Source: an uncultured Planctomycetota bacterium (GTDB lineage Bacteria; Planctomycetota; PLA2; JAEUHO01). Taken from it: 64,000 nt of DNA. Position 1 is the first letter of the stretch, and each line of letters starts with the position of its first letter. Below, in pieces: positions 53,395 through 63,290 of the stretch. The position numbers were made by a program, and so were the translations under genes. The notes under the pieces are model-generated. The model worked only from the letters and a program-made list of their open reading frames with translations. It was not told the origin of the DNA and ran no database searches. The stretch lies in the NCBI GenBank assembly GCA_963752285.1, contig CAVVXN010000001.1, forward strand, positions 576,001 through 640,000, written 5' to 3'.

Positions 53395-53585
53395 GCGCGC
53401 CCACGGTACCGCCGTGCCCGCGACTCGGAGGCCCCGACGCGGGGACCCGACGTCGTCCGACCGCGCGCGGCCGGGGACCGCGGGATCCGTGACGCGCCGG
53501 GTGGCGCCCGCGGCCGATGCGACCGACAATCTCCGGGTCCCGCCCGGGCCGGTCCTCTCCGGCGGGATCTTCGAGGGGGAGTCTC

Positions 53586-56420
53586 ATGAATCGAAACGCG
53601 TCGCTCGTCCTGCTCGTCGTCGCGGTCGCGGGGGCCCTCGTGTGGCTCGCGGTTCGAAGCGGCGTCATCGATTCGCACGGGAGCGGGGTCGGGCGCGACG
53701 AGGCCACGCGCGACGCGACCGCGTTGCCGGGCGAGGGCACGTCGGGGGGTGCGACGCCGCGCGCGACCACGAAGGACCGCGGCCCGGTCCTCTTCGGACG
53801 GCCGCGCGAGCTCCGCGTCGGCACGGGCGCGGTCGTGGGCCGGATCGGGAACGCGAAGACCGGCGAGCCCGTGAAGGACGCGAAGGTGCTCCTCGCCGGC
53901 TCCGGCTTCGGCGACGAACCGATCGCGCTCCGCGCCACGTCGGTCGCGGACGGCGGGTTCCAGATCCCCGGGGTGCCGGCCGGCGACGAGATGGTTCTGA
54001 AGGTCGAGGCCGAGGGCCTCCCGACGCGAACGCTGCCCGGGGTCGCGGTGAACGACGGGTCCTCGACGGGGCTCGGCACGATCTGGCTGGGCGCGAAGGC
54101 GACGCTCGAGGGGCGCGTCGTGGACGAGCAGGGCCGGCCGGTCGCGCACGCGAAGGTGCGCGTACACGTCGGTCAGTTCTCGATGGGCGAGATGATGTCG
54201 AGCTTCTTCGACATGCTGGGTCAGCTCGATCGCGAGCCCGAGCCCGTCGCACGCGCGGAGAGCCACGCCGACGGACGCTTCGAGGTCCCGGGGCTCGACC
54301 CCGGCGCGGTGACGCTCGTCACGTTGGCGCCGGGGTTCGCGATCCGGAGCATGCCCGTCACCGTGTTGGAGGGCGGGACGAAGGCCGAGCCCGTCACGGT
54401 CCGACTCGCCACCGGCGGCGTCGTCGCCGGCCACGTCGTGGACGCAGAGGGCCGCGGCCTCGGCGGCGTGCGCGTGGCCGTTCTCCACGGGAACGACCCG
54501 TCCGCCTTCCTCTTCGGACGCACGTTCCAGGAGACGGGCGCGGACGGCGCGTTCCAGGTGACCACCGCGACCCTGGACGGCGACCTCATGGTCCTCGCGG
54601 CCGGGTCCGGCTTCCCCACGGCGTTCGCGAGGGCCCACGCCGGGCAGCAGGACGTGCAGATCGTGATGCAGCACGGGGCGACGGTCCTCGTGCGGGTCGT
54701 GCGCGGCGAGCGCGAGATCCCCGTCGAGAACGCCCAGGTCATGCTCGCCACCGGGGACGACGAGAACGGCCCGGGGGAGGTCCCGAAGGGGATCGTCCTC
54801 GGCGTCACCGACCCGGGCGGACGGGTCACGTTCGACGTGGCCCCCGGCGCGATCGAGATGGTGATGATCTCCCACGCCGACGGTGGGGGCATGTGGATGC
54901 CCGGGCTCTCGGGCATGGGGAACGCCGCGGGCATCGAGGGCCCGAAGGACACGAAGATCGTCGCGGGCACGCAGGAGAAGACGTTTCGCCTCGGGAAGGC
55001 GGTCGTCGTCACCGGTCGCGTCACCGGCCCCGAGGGCGAGCCGGTGCCCGGCGCCCGCGTGATGTCGATCCAGTCGTTCCAGATGGCGAAGGCGGCGGTC
55101 ACCGACGCCGACGGGAGGTACCGGCTGGTCGTGCCGGACCTCGGCGTCGTGTCGCTCGTGGTGAAGGCCCAGGGCTACGTACAGGACGCGAAGGGGATCA
55201 GCGGTCTCGGCTCCAGCGGCGATCCCGCCCCAAAACCCGGGCCGGACGGGGAGATCGTCCGCGACATCCGCCTCGAGAGAGGCGCCGTCGTCACCGGGCG
55301 CGTGGTGGACCCGCACGGCGCCCCCATCGCCGGCGCCCAGGTGCGTTTCGAGGCGACGTCCGCCCGGTTCGACATCCTGAACGTGCTGGGAGGAGACGAC
55401 GGCCTCACGGGCGCCGACGGCCGCTACGTCCTCGAGGGCGCGCCCCCGAGCGACGAGGCCCGCGTGGTCGCGCGCCGCGACGGGTGGCTCGACTCGCAGA
55501 GCGACGCCTTCGCGGTGGCGTCGGGTCGTTCGGCGCACGCGCCCGACGTCGTGATGAGGGGCGGAGCGCGACTCCTCGTCACGGTCGAGGACGCCGACGG
55601 ACGAAGCGTCGAGGGCGCCCAGGTGCGCGTCGAGGTCGCCATGGACGAGCGGGTCGTGTACGACGCGATGAACGCGTGGCAGCCCTTCGCATCGGAGGCC
55701 ACGGACCGCGCGGGACAGGCCCGGTTCGAGACCATCGCGCCGGGCCACGCGACGATCACCGCCACGCACCCCGACGCCGCGGGCGTGTCCCAGCGGATCG
55801 AGGTCCCGAAGGACGTCCGGGACCTCCCGCCGGTGACGCTCGCGCTCCGGCGCGCGGTCGCCGTCGAGGGACGCGTCACGAACCCGTCGGGCCAGGGCGT
55901 CGCGGGCGCCAGCCTGTTGGCCGAGGTCGTGGTCGCTTCGAACGACGGGGCGAAGAACTCGGCGGCCGCGCGCGCGCCCGTCCCGGTGCCCGCCTCCGCG
56001 ACGACGGACGCCGAAGGGCGCTTCCGTCTCTACCCCCTCGCGGAGGAGGACGTCTCGATCCGGGTCAGCGCGTCCGGGTTCCGGGCGACGCGCGAGGCCG
56101 TCCACGCGCCCGCGTCCCGGGTCGAGATCCGCCTCGAAGCCGTGGACCCGCGCTCGACCGAGCGGCTGAAGGAGCTCCAACAGCGCATGGGGGAGATCTG
56201 GCAGGAGTACCAGTCGGCGGACGCGGAGGAGAAGCGGCAGGCGCTCATGAAGGAGATCCAGGCGCTCTCCACGGAGATGCAGAAGCTCCAGCAGGAGAGC
56301 GGCGCCGCCGACGCCGCCGTGGCGCCGGACGAGGTGCTGGACACGCCCCCCGACGCCGAGGTCCCCGAGAACCCCGACGCTTCCGGCGGATCCGGAGGGC
56401 CGCCCCCGCCCGGTCGCTGA
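53586..56420 (+). CDS. Large membrane-anchored protein with many carboxypeptidase-regulatory-like repeats and a C-terminal coiled coil
   Basis: N-terminal TM; repeated GRVVD..G.PV.GA.V / TDADGR(F/Y) units; AGGGGG RBS. Confidence 0.85.
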   Translation: MNRNASLVLLVVAVAGALVWLAVRSGVIDSHGSGVGRDEATRDATALPGEGTSGGATPRATTKDRGPVLFGRPRELRVGTGAVVGRIGNAKTGEPVKDAKVLLAGSGFGDEPIALRATSVADGGFQIPGVPAGDEMVLKVEAEGLPTRTLPGVAVNDGSSTGLGTIWLGAKATLEGRVVDEQGRPVAHAKVRVHVGQFSMGEMMSSFFDMLGQLDREPEPVARAESHADGRFEVPGLDPGAVTLVTLAPGFAIRSMPVTVLEGGTKAEPVTVRLATGGVVAGHVVDAEGRGLGGVRVAVLHGNDPSAFLFGRTFQETGADGAFQVTTATLDGDLMVLAAGSGFPTAFARAHAGQQDVQIVMQHGATVLVRVVRGEREIPVENAQVMLATGDDENGPGEVPKGIVLGVTDPGGRVTFDVAPGAIEMVMISHADGGGMWMPGLSGMGNAAGIEGPKDTKIVAGTQEKTFRLGKAVVVTGRVTGPEGEPVPGARVMSIQSFQMAKAAVTDADGRYRLVVPDLGVVSLVVKAQGYVQDAKGISGLGSSGDPAPKPGPDGEIVRDIRLERGAVVTGRVVDPHGAPIAGAQVRFEATSARFDILNVLGGDDGLTGADGRYVLEGAPPSDEARVVARRDGWLDSQSDAFAVASGRSAHAPDVVMRGGARLLVTVEDADGRSVEGAQVRVEVAMDERVVYDAMNAWQPFASEATDRAGQARFETIAPGHATITATHPDAAGVSQRIEVPKDVRDLPPVTLALRRAVAVEGRVTNPSGQGVAGASLLAEVVVASNDGAKNSAAARAPVPVPASATTDAEGRFRLYPLAEEDVSIRVSASGFRATREAVHAPASRVEIRLEAVDPRSTERLKELQQRMGEIWQEYQSADAEEKRQALMKEIQALSTEMQKLQQESGAADAAVAPDEVLDTPPDAEVPENPDASGGSGGPPPPGR

Positions 56421-56514
56421 CCCGCCTCGCGTTGCCGGCGACCCACCCGCCCGTGGACCGCGCGCTCGGAAATCGGATCGGCGACGCGAGGTCCGCGGGC
56501 GGTCGCCGGCCCGG

Positions 56515-58239
56515 TCATCTCCCGGGCAGGCAGAGGCACGTCGTGGTGAGGGGGATGTCGGCGTCCGCCCAGGCGGCCTTCACGCGCGCGTCGGTCGCCT
56601 TCGCCTCCTCGTGCTCGCCCTCGAGGTGGAGGGAGCGCGCGAGGCCCCAGAGGGCCCAGCCGTTCTCGGGCCACCGAGCGAGGTCCTCGCGGTAGACCGC
56701 CTCGGCCTCCGCCGGCCGCCCCGCCGCGAGCAGCACGGCGCCAAGCGTGTGCCGGACGGGCTGGATCCAGTCGGGCGGCTCGTCGTAGCGGAGCTGGTCC
56801 TCCAGCGCGACGGCCGCACGGAGGGCTGCGACGGAGGCGTCGTAGTCCTTCGCCTCCACCGCGATCTCGCCGTCGAGGACCTGGCGCGCGAGGTCGAGGA
56901 TCGCCGCCGCGGTGTTGTTGCCGAACGTCCACTCGGGCGGGACGCGTGCCGCGGCTTCCCGGAACGCGTCTCGCGCCTTCACCGCCTCCTCGGGCCGATG
57001 GAGCGCCGCGAGGGCCACGGCGCGCGTGAAGCGCCAGATCGCGCGCGAGAGAGGGAGCCGCTCCTCGGGCTCCGGCTCCTTCAGGATCTCCTCCCAGCGC
57101 CCGAAGCGCATCAGGACCTCCGAGGGGAAGATCAGGTAGCCGTCTACGAGGGGGGCCAGGTCGTCGAGGAGCTCCTTTGGGAACTCGGCGACCATCTTCC
57201 GTGCGGCGTCGATCGCCTCCTCGCTCCGGCCGCGCATCATCGCGGTGAACGCGAGGAAGTGCTGGTTGTGCGCCATGTAGATCGCGTAGAAGCCCGGGCG
57301 CGGGTAGCGGACGCGGTAGCGCTGGTCGGCCTCGATCGCCTGCACGTTGACCAGGGCGGCGTCCGCCCAGCGTCCCACGCGCGAGTAGATGTGCGCGGGC
57401 ATGTGGACCATGTGGCTCGCATCCGGGACGAGACCACGCATCCGGTCGGCGGCGAAGACGCCCTCCTCGGGGTGCGGCGAGGCCTCGATCGCGTGGATGA
57501 AGTAGTGGAGCGCGCCCGGGTGTCTCGGGTCGAGCTCGATCGCGCGGCGGAGGGTGTGGACGATCTCCTCGGTGCCCGGCTGGGGCTTCCCGTCGGTCGT
57601 CCAGAGGTCCCACGGGCGCAGGTCCATCAGCGCCTCGGCGAAGAGCGTCGCGACGTCGGCGTCTTCGGGGTAGGCCTTCCACACCTCGCGCATCGCGTTC
57701 GCGTACGCCTCGTCGAGCGGACGCCGGTCGTCGGGTTGCGGATCGGCGTACCGCTTCGCGAGCGCGCCGATCAGGGCCCGTTCGACCGGGCTCGCCCCCT
57801 CGAGGAGCGCCTGGGCCTTCGCGAGCGCGTCCCAGGCGACCGCCGCGTGGTCGGGCGGGACGACCGGGAAGTTGATGTGCGGCCCGTTCACGAGCGCGAC
57901 GCCCCACCACGCCATGGCGAGCTTCGGGTCGGCCGCGGCGGCCTCTTGGTACTCGTCCTCGGCCGCGTGGTGGCTGAACGAGAATGTGAGCGTGAGCCCC
58001 CGGTCGAACGCGGCCTGCGCCTCGGGGGAGGCCGTGCCGACGTGCCGCGTGTGCGACCCGAGGTCGAGCGCAGGGGCGGCGTCCTCCGGGGCGGCCCGCG
58101 CGCGGGCCGCCAGGGGACCGGGGCCCGAGGCGAGGGCCACGAGCAGCGCCGCCCACCCCCCTCGGACCCACCATGCCTGCGCCCGCCCGCCGCGGGCGCG
58201 ACCAGGACCGAACCGCACCGAACGACCCGGCTTGCGCAT
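56515..58239 (-). CDS. Secreted TPR-repeat conserved protein
   Basis: AQAAFDRGL..FSHH.A, AMAWWGVAL..GPHIN, HPGALHYFIHAIE, HMVHMPAHIY, YDEPPDW, PENGWALWG; start uncertain. Confidence 0.85.
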   Translation of the reverse strand: MRKPGRSVRFGPGRARGGRAQAWWVRGGWAALLVALASGPGPLAARARAAPEDAAPALDLGSHTRHVGTASPEAQAAFDRGLTLTFSFSHHAAEDEYQEAAAADPKLAMAWWGVALVNGPHINFPVVPPDHAAVAWDALAKAQALLEGASPVERALIGALAKRYADPQPDDRRPLDEAYANAMREVWKAYPEDADVATLFAEALMDLRPWDLWTTDGKPQPGTEEIVHTLRRAIELDPRHPGALHYFIHAIEASPHPEEGVFAADRMRGLVPDASHMVHMPAHIYSRVGRWADAALVNVQAIEADQRYRVRYPRPGFYAIYMAHNQHFLAFTAMMRGRSEEAIDAARKMVAEFPKELLDDLAPLVDGYLIFPSEVLMRFGRWEEILKEPEPEERLPLSRAIWRFTRAVALAALHRPEEAVKARDAFREAAARVPPEWTFGNNTAAAILDLARQVLDGEIAVEAKDYDASVAALRAAVALEDQLRYDEPPDWIQPVRHTLGAVLLAAGRPAEAEAVYREDLARWPENGWALWGLARSLHLEGEHEEAKATDARVKAAWADADIPLTTTCLCLPGR

Positions 58240-58410
58240 GCTCGCTCCCCCCGGACGTCGCGCCAGACGATAGGGGGGGGCGAAGGGCGGGTCGGGGCGC
58301 CGCGGTCCCGGGATCCGCCGTCCGGGCGCCCCCGACCCCCCCCGCGGAGCACTCGCGCTTCCGGTTGGGCGCCGGGATCGGCGGACGTAAACTCCTGCCT
58401 GGAGCACACG

Positions 58411-58524
58411 ATGCGTTGGGTCCTGGTTGCAGCATTCGCGCTCGCGGCCCTCATGGGCCTCGGCCTCCTCGCTCGGGCGATGTCCCCCTGCGCGCAAACC
58501 TCCGCGACCGCCCCGAGCAACTGA
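58411..58524 (+). CDS. Short signal-peptide-like ORF, possibly the 5' part of a frameshifted small secreted protein
   Basis: GGAG RBS; MRWVLVAAFALAALMGLGLL; an alternative frame continues SGDVPLRANLRDRPEQ...RSAPP. Confidence 0.35.
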   Translation: MRWVLVAAFALAALMGLGLLARAMSPCAQTSATAPSN

Positions 58525-58783
58525 CTCCCGACCCGGATTTTCGCCTTGCGCCGCGCGGTCCCGTGCCCCCCGAGGCGGCCTGGAACCCGCGCGCCAGCCC
58601 CCCGGAGGGCGGCGTCGTTCCCCTCCGCGAGGCGCGCGGCGTCGCCGTCGCCTCCGAGCACGTCGTCCTCCCGCGCGCCCACCGAAGCGCGCCGCCGGGG
58701 GCCGTCGTCGCCGGCGGCGGCCCGGGTGTAGAGAGAGGAGAAGGGCGCGTCGGATCCGCCCCGCGCCCGCCGGGACCGACCGC

Positions 58784-60643
58784 ATGGCTCCGCCTCCGCG
58801 TCCGACCTGGGAAGAGCTGGTCACGGCCTGGCAGGGCCGGATCTACGCGCTCGCCCGGCGGGTGACGGGCAACGCGACCGACGCCGAGGACGCGACGCAG
58901 GACGCGTTCGTCCGCATCTTCCAGCAGTACGACCGCTACGACCCGCGCCGGCCGCTCGCGCCCTGGGTGTACCGCGTCGCGCTGAACGCGATCCGAAATC
59001 GGCAGCGCGCGGTCCACGTGCGGCGTCGCGGTCGCGTGGACCTCGCGCCGGACCTCGAGCCCGCGCGGCAGGAGGAGGGGGTCGTGGAGCGAGCCGAGGC
59101 CCAGCAGGTCGTCGAGCGGCATCTCGGCGCGGTGGACGCCGAGGCGCGCGCGGTCGTCCTGCTCACGCTCGACGCCGGGCTCACGAAGACGGAGGTCGCC
59201 GAGGTCCTCGGCGTGCCGCGCACGACCGTCCAGTCGCGGTTCGAGCGCGCGCTCGACGACGTGCGGAAGGCGCTCCTGCGCTCCGGCCACCTCGCGCTCG
59301 CGCCCGCGGCCGGCGAGCTGCTCACGGGGCTGCCGTCGCTCGAGGTCCCCGCGCACCTGACGAGGTCGCTCCTCGCCGTCCCCTCGCTCGCCGCCGTCGC
59401 GCCCGCGACCGCACTCGCCCTCGGAGGTCTCCTGATGTCGAAGAAGCTCGTCCTCGCCGCGGTCCTCCTCGCGGTGCTCGCCGTGGGCGGCGGGTACGTC
59501 GCGGGTCGCGCCACCGCGCCCGACGTCCGCGGCGCCGCCGCCAACACCGCCGCGTCTCGCGACGCCGAGGTCGCGCGACTCCTAGCGACGAACGACAGGC
59601 TCCAGCGGCAGATCGACGAGCTCCGCCGGCTCGGGAGCGCCTCTCCGGGGTCCGGGGGCACGACGGGCGGGGCGGGTGGCCCTCGGCTTCGCGGATCCGA
59701 TCCCCGCGCCAACGTCCCGGAGGCCTCGCCCACGTCCGTCCCGGAGGTCGCCGCCGCCGGCACGCCCGACGCGACGCACGACGCGAAGCCCGCGATCTCC
59801 TGGGCCCCGCTCGAGCGCCTGATGGAGGAGAACCGCGAGCTCCTGCTCGGCGCCCCCGAGCGCGACGGCGACGCGTTCACGCCCGAGGAACAGAGGCGCC
59901 TCTACGCGATCCTGGCCGAGCTGTCCCGCGTCTCCGCCGAGGCCCACGGCCTCTCGCCGTACCCCTTCTTCGACGCGCGCGTGCTTCCCGGGTACGTCCG
60001 CGCGATCTTCGGGCCGGCGCTCGAGCTCGGGGAAGCCGACCGCGAGGCCGTGGCGGACGCGACCCGCCAGGCCGTCGAGCGCGAGGCGGCCGGCTTCGAT
60101 CCCGCGTCCGCGCTCCCCCTCGAGCGGTACGAGCGCCGTCGTCGGGTCGCCGCCGCCGTGCTGGAGGCGGCGCGGGCCGCGATCCCGGCCGACAAGCAGG
60201 CGCAGCTCGCCGAGCTCCAGAGGCGGGACTCGGCGGAGGACCAGCTGCTGGACGGATCGCGGCGCACGGTGGTCCTGGGCATCGGCACGACGCCCGACTA
60301 CGACCGCGTGGCGGGGAGCATCGTCGGCGAGTGGGCCGAGGCGTACGGCCTCGACGAGCGGCAGAGAACGGACGCGCAGGCCGCGGCGGTCGGGTTCGCG
60401 CGCGCGGCCGACACGCTCCTCTCGCGGGCCGGCATCGTGGACGCGGACCAGACCTGGCAGCCGAAGGAGCGTCCGGAGCTCGCCGACGCCCTCCTGCACG
60501 CGCAGATGGACGCGGAGCGGGAGTTCTTGACGCGGCTCCCCGCCGCGCAGCTCGACAAGGCGAAGGCGGGCCCGCCGACGATCTTGCGATTCGACCGGAC
60601 GCAGGGTTCGAGCGTCTCGATCGCGAACGGCGGAGGCATCTGA
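58784..60643 (+). CDS. ECF sigma factor fused to a TM helix and a long extracytoplasmic C-terminal extension
   Basis: DAEDATQDAF, PWVYRVALN, EVAEVLGVPRTTVQSR; GGLLMSKKLVLAAVLLAVLAVGGG TM; about 380 further residues. Confidence 0.88.
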   Translation: MAPPPRPTWEELVTAWQGRIYALARRVTGNATDAEDATQDAFVRIFQQYDRYDPRRPLAPWVYRVALNAIRNRQRAVHVRRRGRVDLAPDLEPARQEEGVVERAEAQQVVERHLGAVDAEARAVVLLTLDAGLTKTEVAEVLGVPRTTVQSRFERALDDVRKALLRSGHLALAPAAGELLTGLPSLEVPAHLTRSLLAVPSLAAVAPATALALGGLLMSKKLVLAAVLLAVLAVGGGYVAGRATAPDVRGAAANTAASRDAEVARLLATNDRLQRQIDELRRLGSASPGSGGTTGGAGGPRLRGSDPRANVPEASPTSVPEVAAAGTPDATHDAKPAISWAPLERLMEENRELLLGAPERDGDAFTPEEQRRLYAILAELSRVSAEAHGLSPYPFFDARVLPGYVRAIFGPALELGEADREAVADATRQAVEREAAGFDPASALPLERYERRRRVAAAVLEAARAAIPADKQAQLAELQRRDSAEDQLLDGSRRTVVLGIGTTPDYDRVAGSIVGEWAEAYGLDERQRTDAQAAAVGFARAADTLLSRAGIVDADQTWQPKERPELADALLHAQMDAEREFLTRLPAAQLDKAKAGPPTILRFDRTQGSSVSIANGGGI

Positions 60644-60847
60644 CCGGCGCTCTCGAATCGTGTTCGCCGACGTCGCGGGCCCTCCGCCTCGCCCGCGACG
60701 CGGGCGCGTGGAGGGTCGGCACGGGACGCGGGCCTCGGCACGGCGCCCGCCGCCGCGCTCACGACCGTCCGCCGTCGTAACGGCGAATCGTGGGGGGCCT
60801 TGGCGGCGCGAGCGAGCGTCGCCCCGGGCGGCGACGCCGCCTGACCC

Positions 60848-62818
60848 TCAGGGCACCGCGACGGGGATCGGGTCCGACCAGGGGCCGCCGGCGAAGCCGG
60901 AGTCCACGGCCTGCACGCTGATCCAGTAGACGCCCGGGCCCAGGTCGAGCCAGGCGGCGGGGAACGGCAGGCCGACCGAGATCGGACCGTGGGCCGCGAT
61001 CCGGCGCAGGCCCAACGCGTCGGACATGCTCGGGTAGTGCTGTCCCGCGAGGGGGACGTTCCCGACGCGGAGGTTGTAGGAGAGACCCGCGCTGGGCGTC
61101 TCCGCGTCGCTGGCCGGGTCCCAGGACAGGCCGATCACGCCGCCCCCCGTGTACGCGACGACGTTCGTCGGCGCGGAGGGGGGATCGTTCACCACCCCGG
61201 AGACGTTTCGGTAGACCAGGGCGACGGGCGCGTACGTGGGGGCCCCCCTCTGGCCGACGACCGCGAGGTCGAGCGCCCCGTCGCGGTCGAAGTCGCCCCA
61301 GGCGAGCGCGGCTGCGCCATCCTGACCGACGGCCGTGAGCCCCGCCCCGACGTCCGTGAACGCGCCGCCGTCGTTTCGATACACGCGCGTGACCGCGCTG
61401 TAGCTGGGCGCGCCCGTCAGGCCGGAGATCGCGATGTCCAGGTCCCCGTCGGCGTCGAGGTCTCCCCACGCCGCGGCGCACTGGCCGCCCATCGGCACCT
61501 GGCGACCGACGCCCGGGAGCCCCGCGTTCACGTCGGTGAACGCGCCGCCGTCGTTTCGGTACACGCGCGTCACCGCGTCGTAGGTGGGCGCGCCCGTGTT
61601 GCCGGCGACGAGGAGGTCGAGGTCTCCGTCCGCGTCGTAGTCGCCGAGGGAGAGCGCGGCGCCGCCGAACTGACCGACCGCGACGATTCCCGCTCCCATG
61701 TCCGCGAACGCGAAACCGCCCTGGTTCAGGTACACGCGCGTGACCGCGTTGTACGTCGGCGCGCCGAGACGCCCCGCGGCGACCACGTCGAGGTCGCCGT
61801 CGCCGTCCACGTCGCCGAGCGCGAGGGCCACGCTGCCGCCATCCGGAGAGTCGTCCCCGAGGGCGTCGAGCCCGGTCGCGCCGGCGTCCGTGAAGGTGCC
61901 GCCGTCGTTTCGGAACACGCGCGTCAAGGGCCCGTAGGTCGGAGCGCCCGTGATCCCGACCAGCACGAGGTCGAGGTCGCCGTCGCCGTCGAGGTCGCCC
62001 CACGCGAGCGCAGCGCCGCCGATCTCACCCACGCCCGGCAGGACGGCGCCGGAGTCCACGAAGGTCCCCGCGTCGTTTCGGTAGATGCGAGCGATGCCCG
62101 TGTAGGTCGGGCTTCCCGCCTTCCCGGCCACCGCGAGGTCGAGGTCGCCGTCGTCGTCGTAGTCCCCCCAGGCGAGCGCGGCTCCGCCTTCTCCCCCCAC
62201 GCCGAGGAGTCCCGCGCCGATGTCGGTGAACACGCCCGCGTCGTTCCGGTACACCCGCGTCACGGACGTGTAGGTCGGGCTCCCCGTCCGTCCGGCCAGC
62301 GCGAGGTCCAGGTCCCCGTCGCCGTCGTAGTCGCCCCACGCGACGGCGGCGTGCGACCCGAACGGCGTGATCGCGCCCACACCCTCGATCCCGGCCTGGA
62401 GGTCCACGAACACCGTGACGATCGAGAAGTCGGCGTCCGACGCGTCCGACGGGTCCAGAGCGACGCTCGGGTCGCCGTCGGCCGCGCTCACCTCGACCCG
62501 CGCGGCGACGCTCGGGAGGTCCGGCACGACGACCGTCTCCGCGCCGTCGTTGCCCGTGCCGGCGACGAGGCTCTGCCAGGTCGCGCCGCCGTCGAGCGAG
62601 AGGTCGAGGTCCACCGCCCCCGTGTACGTGCCCGGGTCCCACGTGATCGTGGCCGCGAGCCCGACGCCCCAGGTCTCGCCTCCGTTCGGCGAGAGGAGCG
62701 TCACGCTCGGCGCCTCGTCGGGGGGCATCGGGGTCTGGTCGGTCGTGCCGCCCCCTCCCCCTCCACCACAGGACGCCACGGCCAGGACCGAGCAGAGAAC
62801 GAGCACGGGACGAAGCAT
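60848..62818 (-). CDS. FG-GAP/VCBS seven-repeat beta-propeller lipoprotein with Ig-like and FN3-like domains
   Basis: LAVASC lipobox; SPNGGETW Ig-like domain; 7 x (W/L)GDxDxDGxLD...GxPxY...(Y/F)xN; C-terminal PSAPTN...LSW...YNLRVG...SVQAVD. Confidence 0.92.
   Translation of the reverse strand: MLRPVLVLCSVLAVASCGGGGGGGTTDQTPMPPDEAPSVTLLSPNGGETWGVGLAATITWDPGTYTGAVDLDLSLDGGATWQSLVAGTGNDGAETVVVPDLPSVAARVEVSAADGDPSVALDPSDASDADFSIVTVFVDLQAGIEGVGAITPFGSHAAVAWGDYDGDGDLDLALAGRTGSPTYTSVTRVYRNDAGVFTDIGAGLLGVGGEGGAALAWGDYDDDGDLDLAVAGKAGSPTYTGIARIYRNDAGTFVDSGAVLPGVGEIGGAALAWGDLDGDGDLDLVLVGITGAPTYGPLTRVFRNDGGTFTDAGATGLDALGDDSPDGGSVALALGDVDGDGDLDVVAAGRLGAPTYNAVTRVYLNQGGFAFADMGAGIVAVGQFGGAALSLGDYDADGDLDLLVAGNTGAPTYDAVTRVYRNDGGAFTDVNAGLPGVGRQVPMGGQCAAAWGDLDADGDLDIAISGLTGAPSYSAVTRVYRNDGGAFTDVGAGLTAVGQDGAAALAWGDFDRDGALDLAVVGQRGAPTYAPVALVYRNVSGVVNDPPSAPTNVVAYTGGGVIGLSWDPASDAETPSAGLSYNLRVGNVPLAGQHYPSMSDALGLRRIAAHGPISVGLPFPAAWLDLGPGVYWISVQAVDSGFAGGPWSDPIPVAVP
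61205..62345 (-). repeat. Seven intragenic ~60-codon repeats encoding FG-GAP blades
   Basis: Recurrent DNA such as gccgccgtcgtttcg...acacgcgcgt and gaggtcgaggtc at about 180-bp spacing. Confidence 0.85.
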
Positions 62819-62996
62819 CGGAATCCCTCCGGCCGGGATCTTCGCATCGGCCGCAGGCGTCGGGACGGGGGGACATCGGGCCCGCGCGCGGGACGCGGAC
62901 CGGGACGAGAGTCGTACCCGTGGGTCCCCCAAGGTCTCCGAAACGTGCGGCGTGGACCGCGCGTCGCACGTTCGAGCCCCCACGGCAGCGGGTCGG

Positions 62997-63290
62997 TCAG
63001 GCGTTCGGGGCGGCGGCCGGACGCAGGGCGACGACGACGGTGTCGCCCACCGCCGCCTCGGCCCGACGGAGGACGTCGTCGTCGAGGAGGAGCCAGAACC
63101 GACGCGAGCGCGCCACGACGTAGCCGTCGAAGGAGACGTCCCCGATCGAGGCCCGGACGGGATGCCCGCGCCGGCCCCGTCGGATCGACACCGCCTGGCT
63201 GCCGAACCGTTCGCCCGGGTCGAAGGGAACCTCGACCGCGGCCTCCTTGTGGCCGGCCAGGACCTCGCCCCGAAACCGTGCGGCGCGCAT
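62997..63290 (-). CDS. DUF1905-like small beta-barrel protein
   Basis: AAVEVPFD..ERFG, PVRASIGDVSF, FWLLL, AVGDTVVVAL; ATG 7 nt after TACCCT. Confidence 0.7.
   Translation of the reverse strand: MRAARFRGEVLAGHKEAAVEVPFDPGERFGSQAVSIRRGRRGHPVRASIGDVSFDGYVVARSRRFWLLLDDDVLRRAEAAVGDTVVVALRPAAAPNA

Noticed and set aside
58289..58338. Imperfect GC inverted repeat between divergent genes
   Set aside because: Almost entirely G/C, so likely by chance at this composition; no U-tract and not seen elsewhere in the window.
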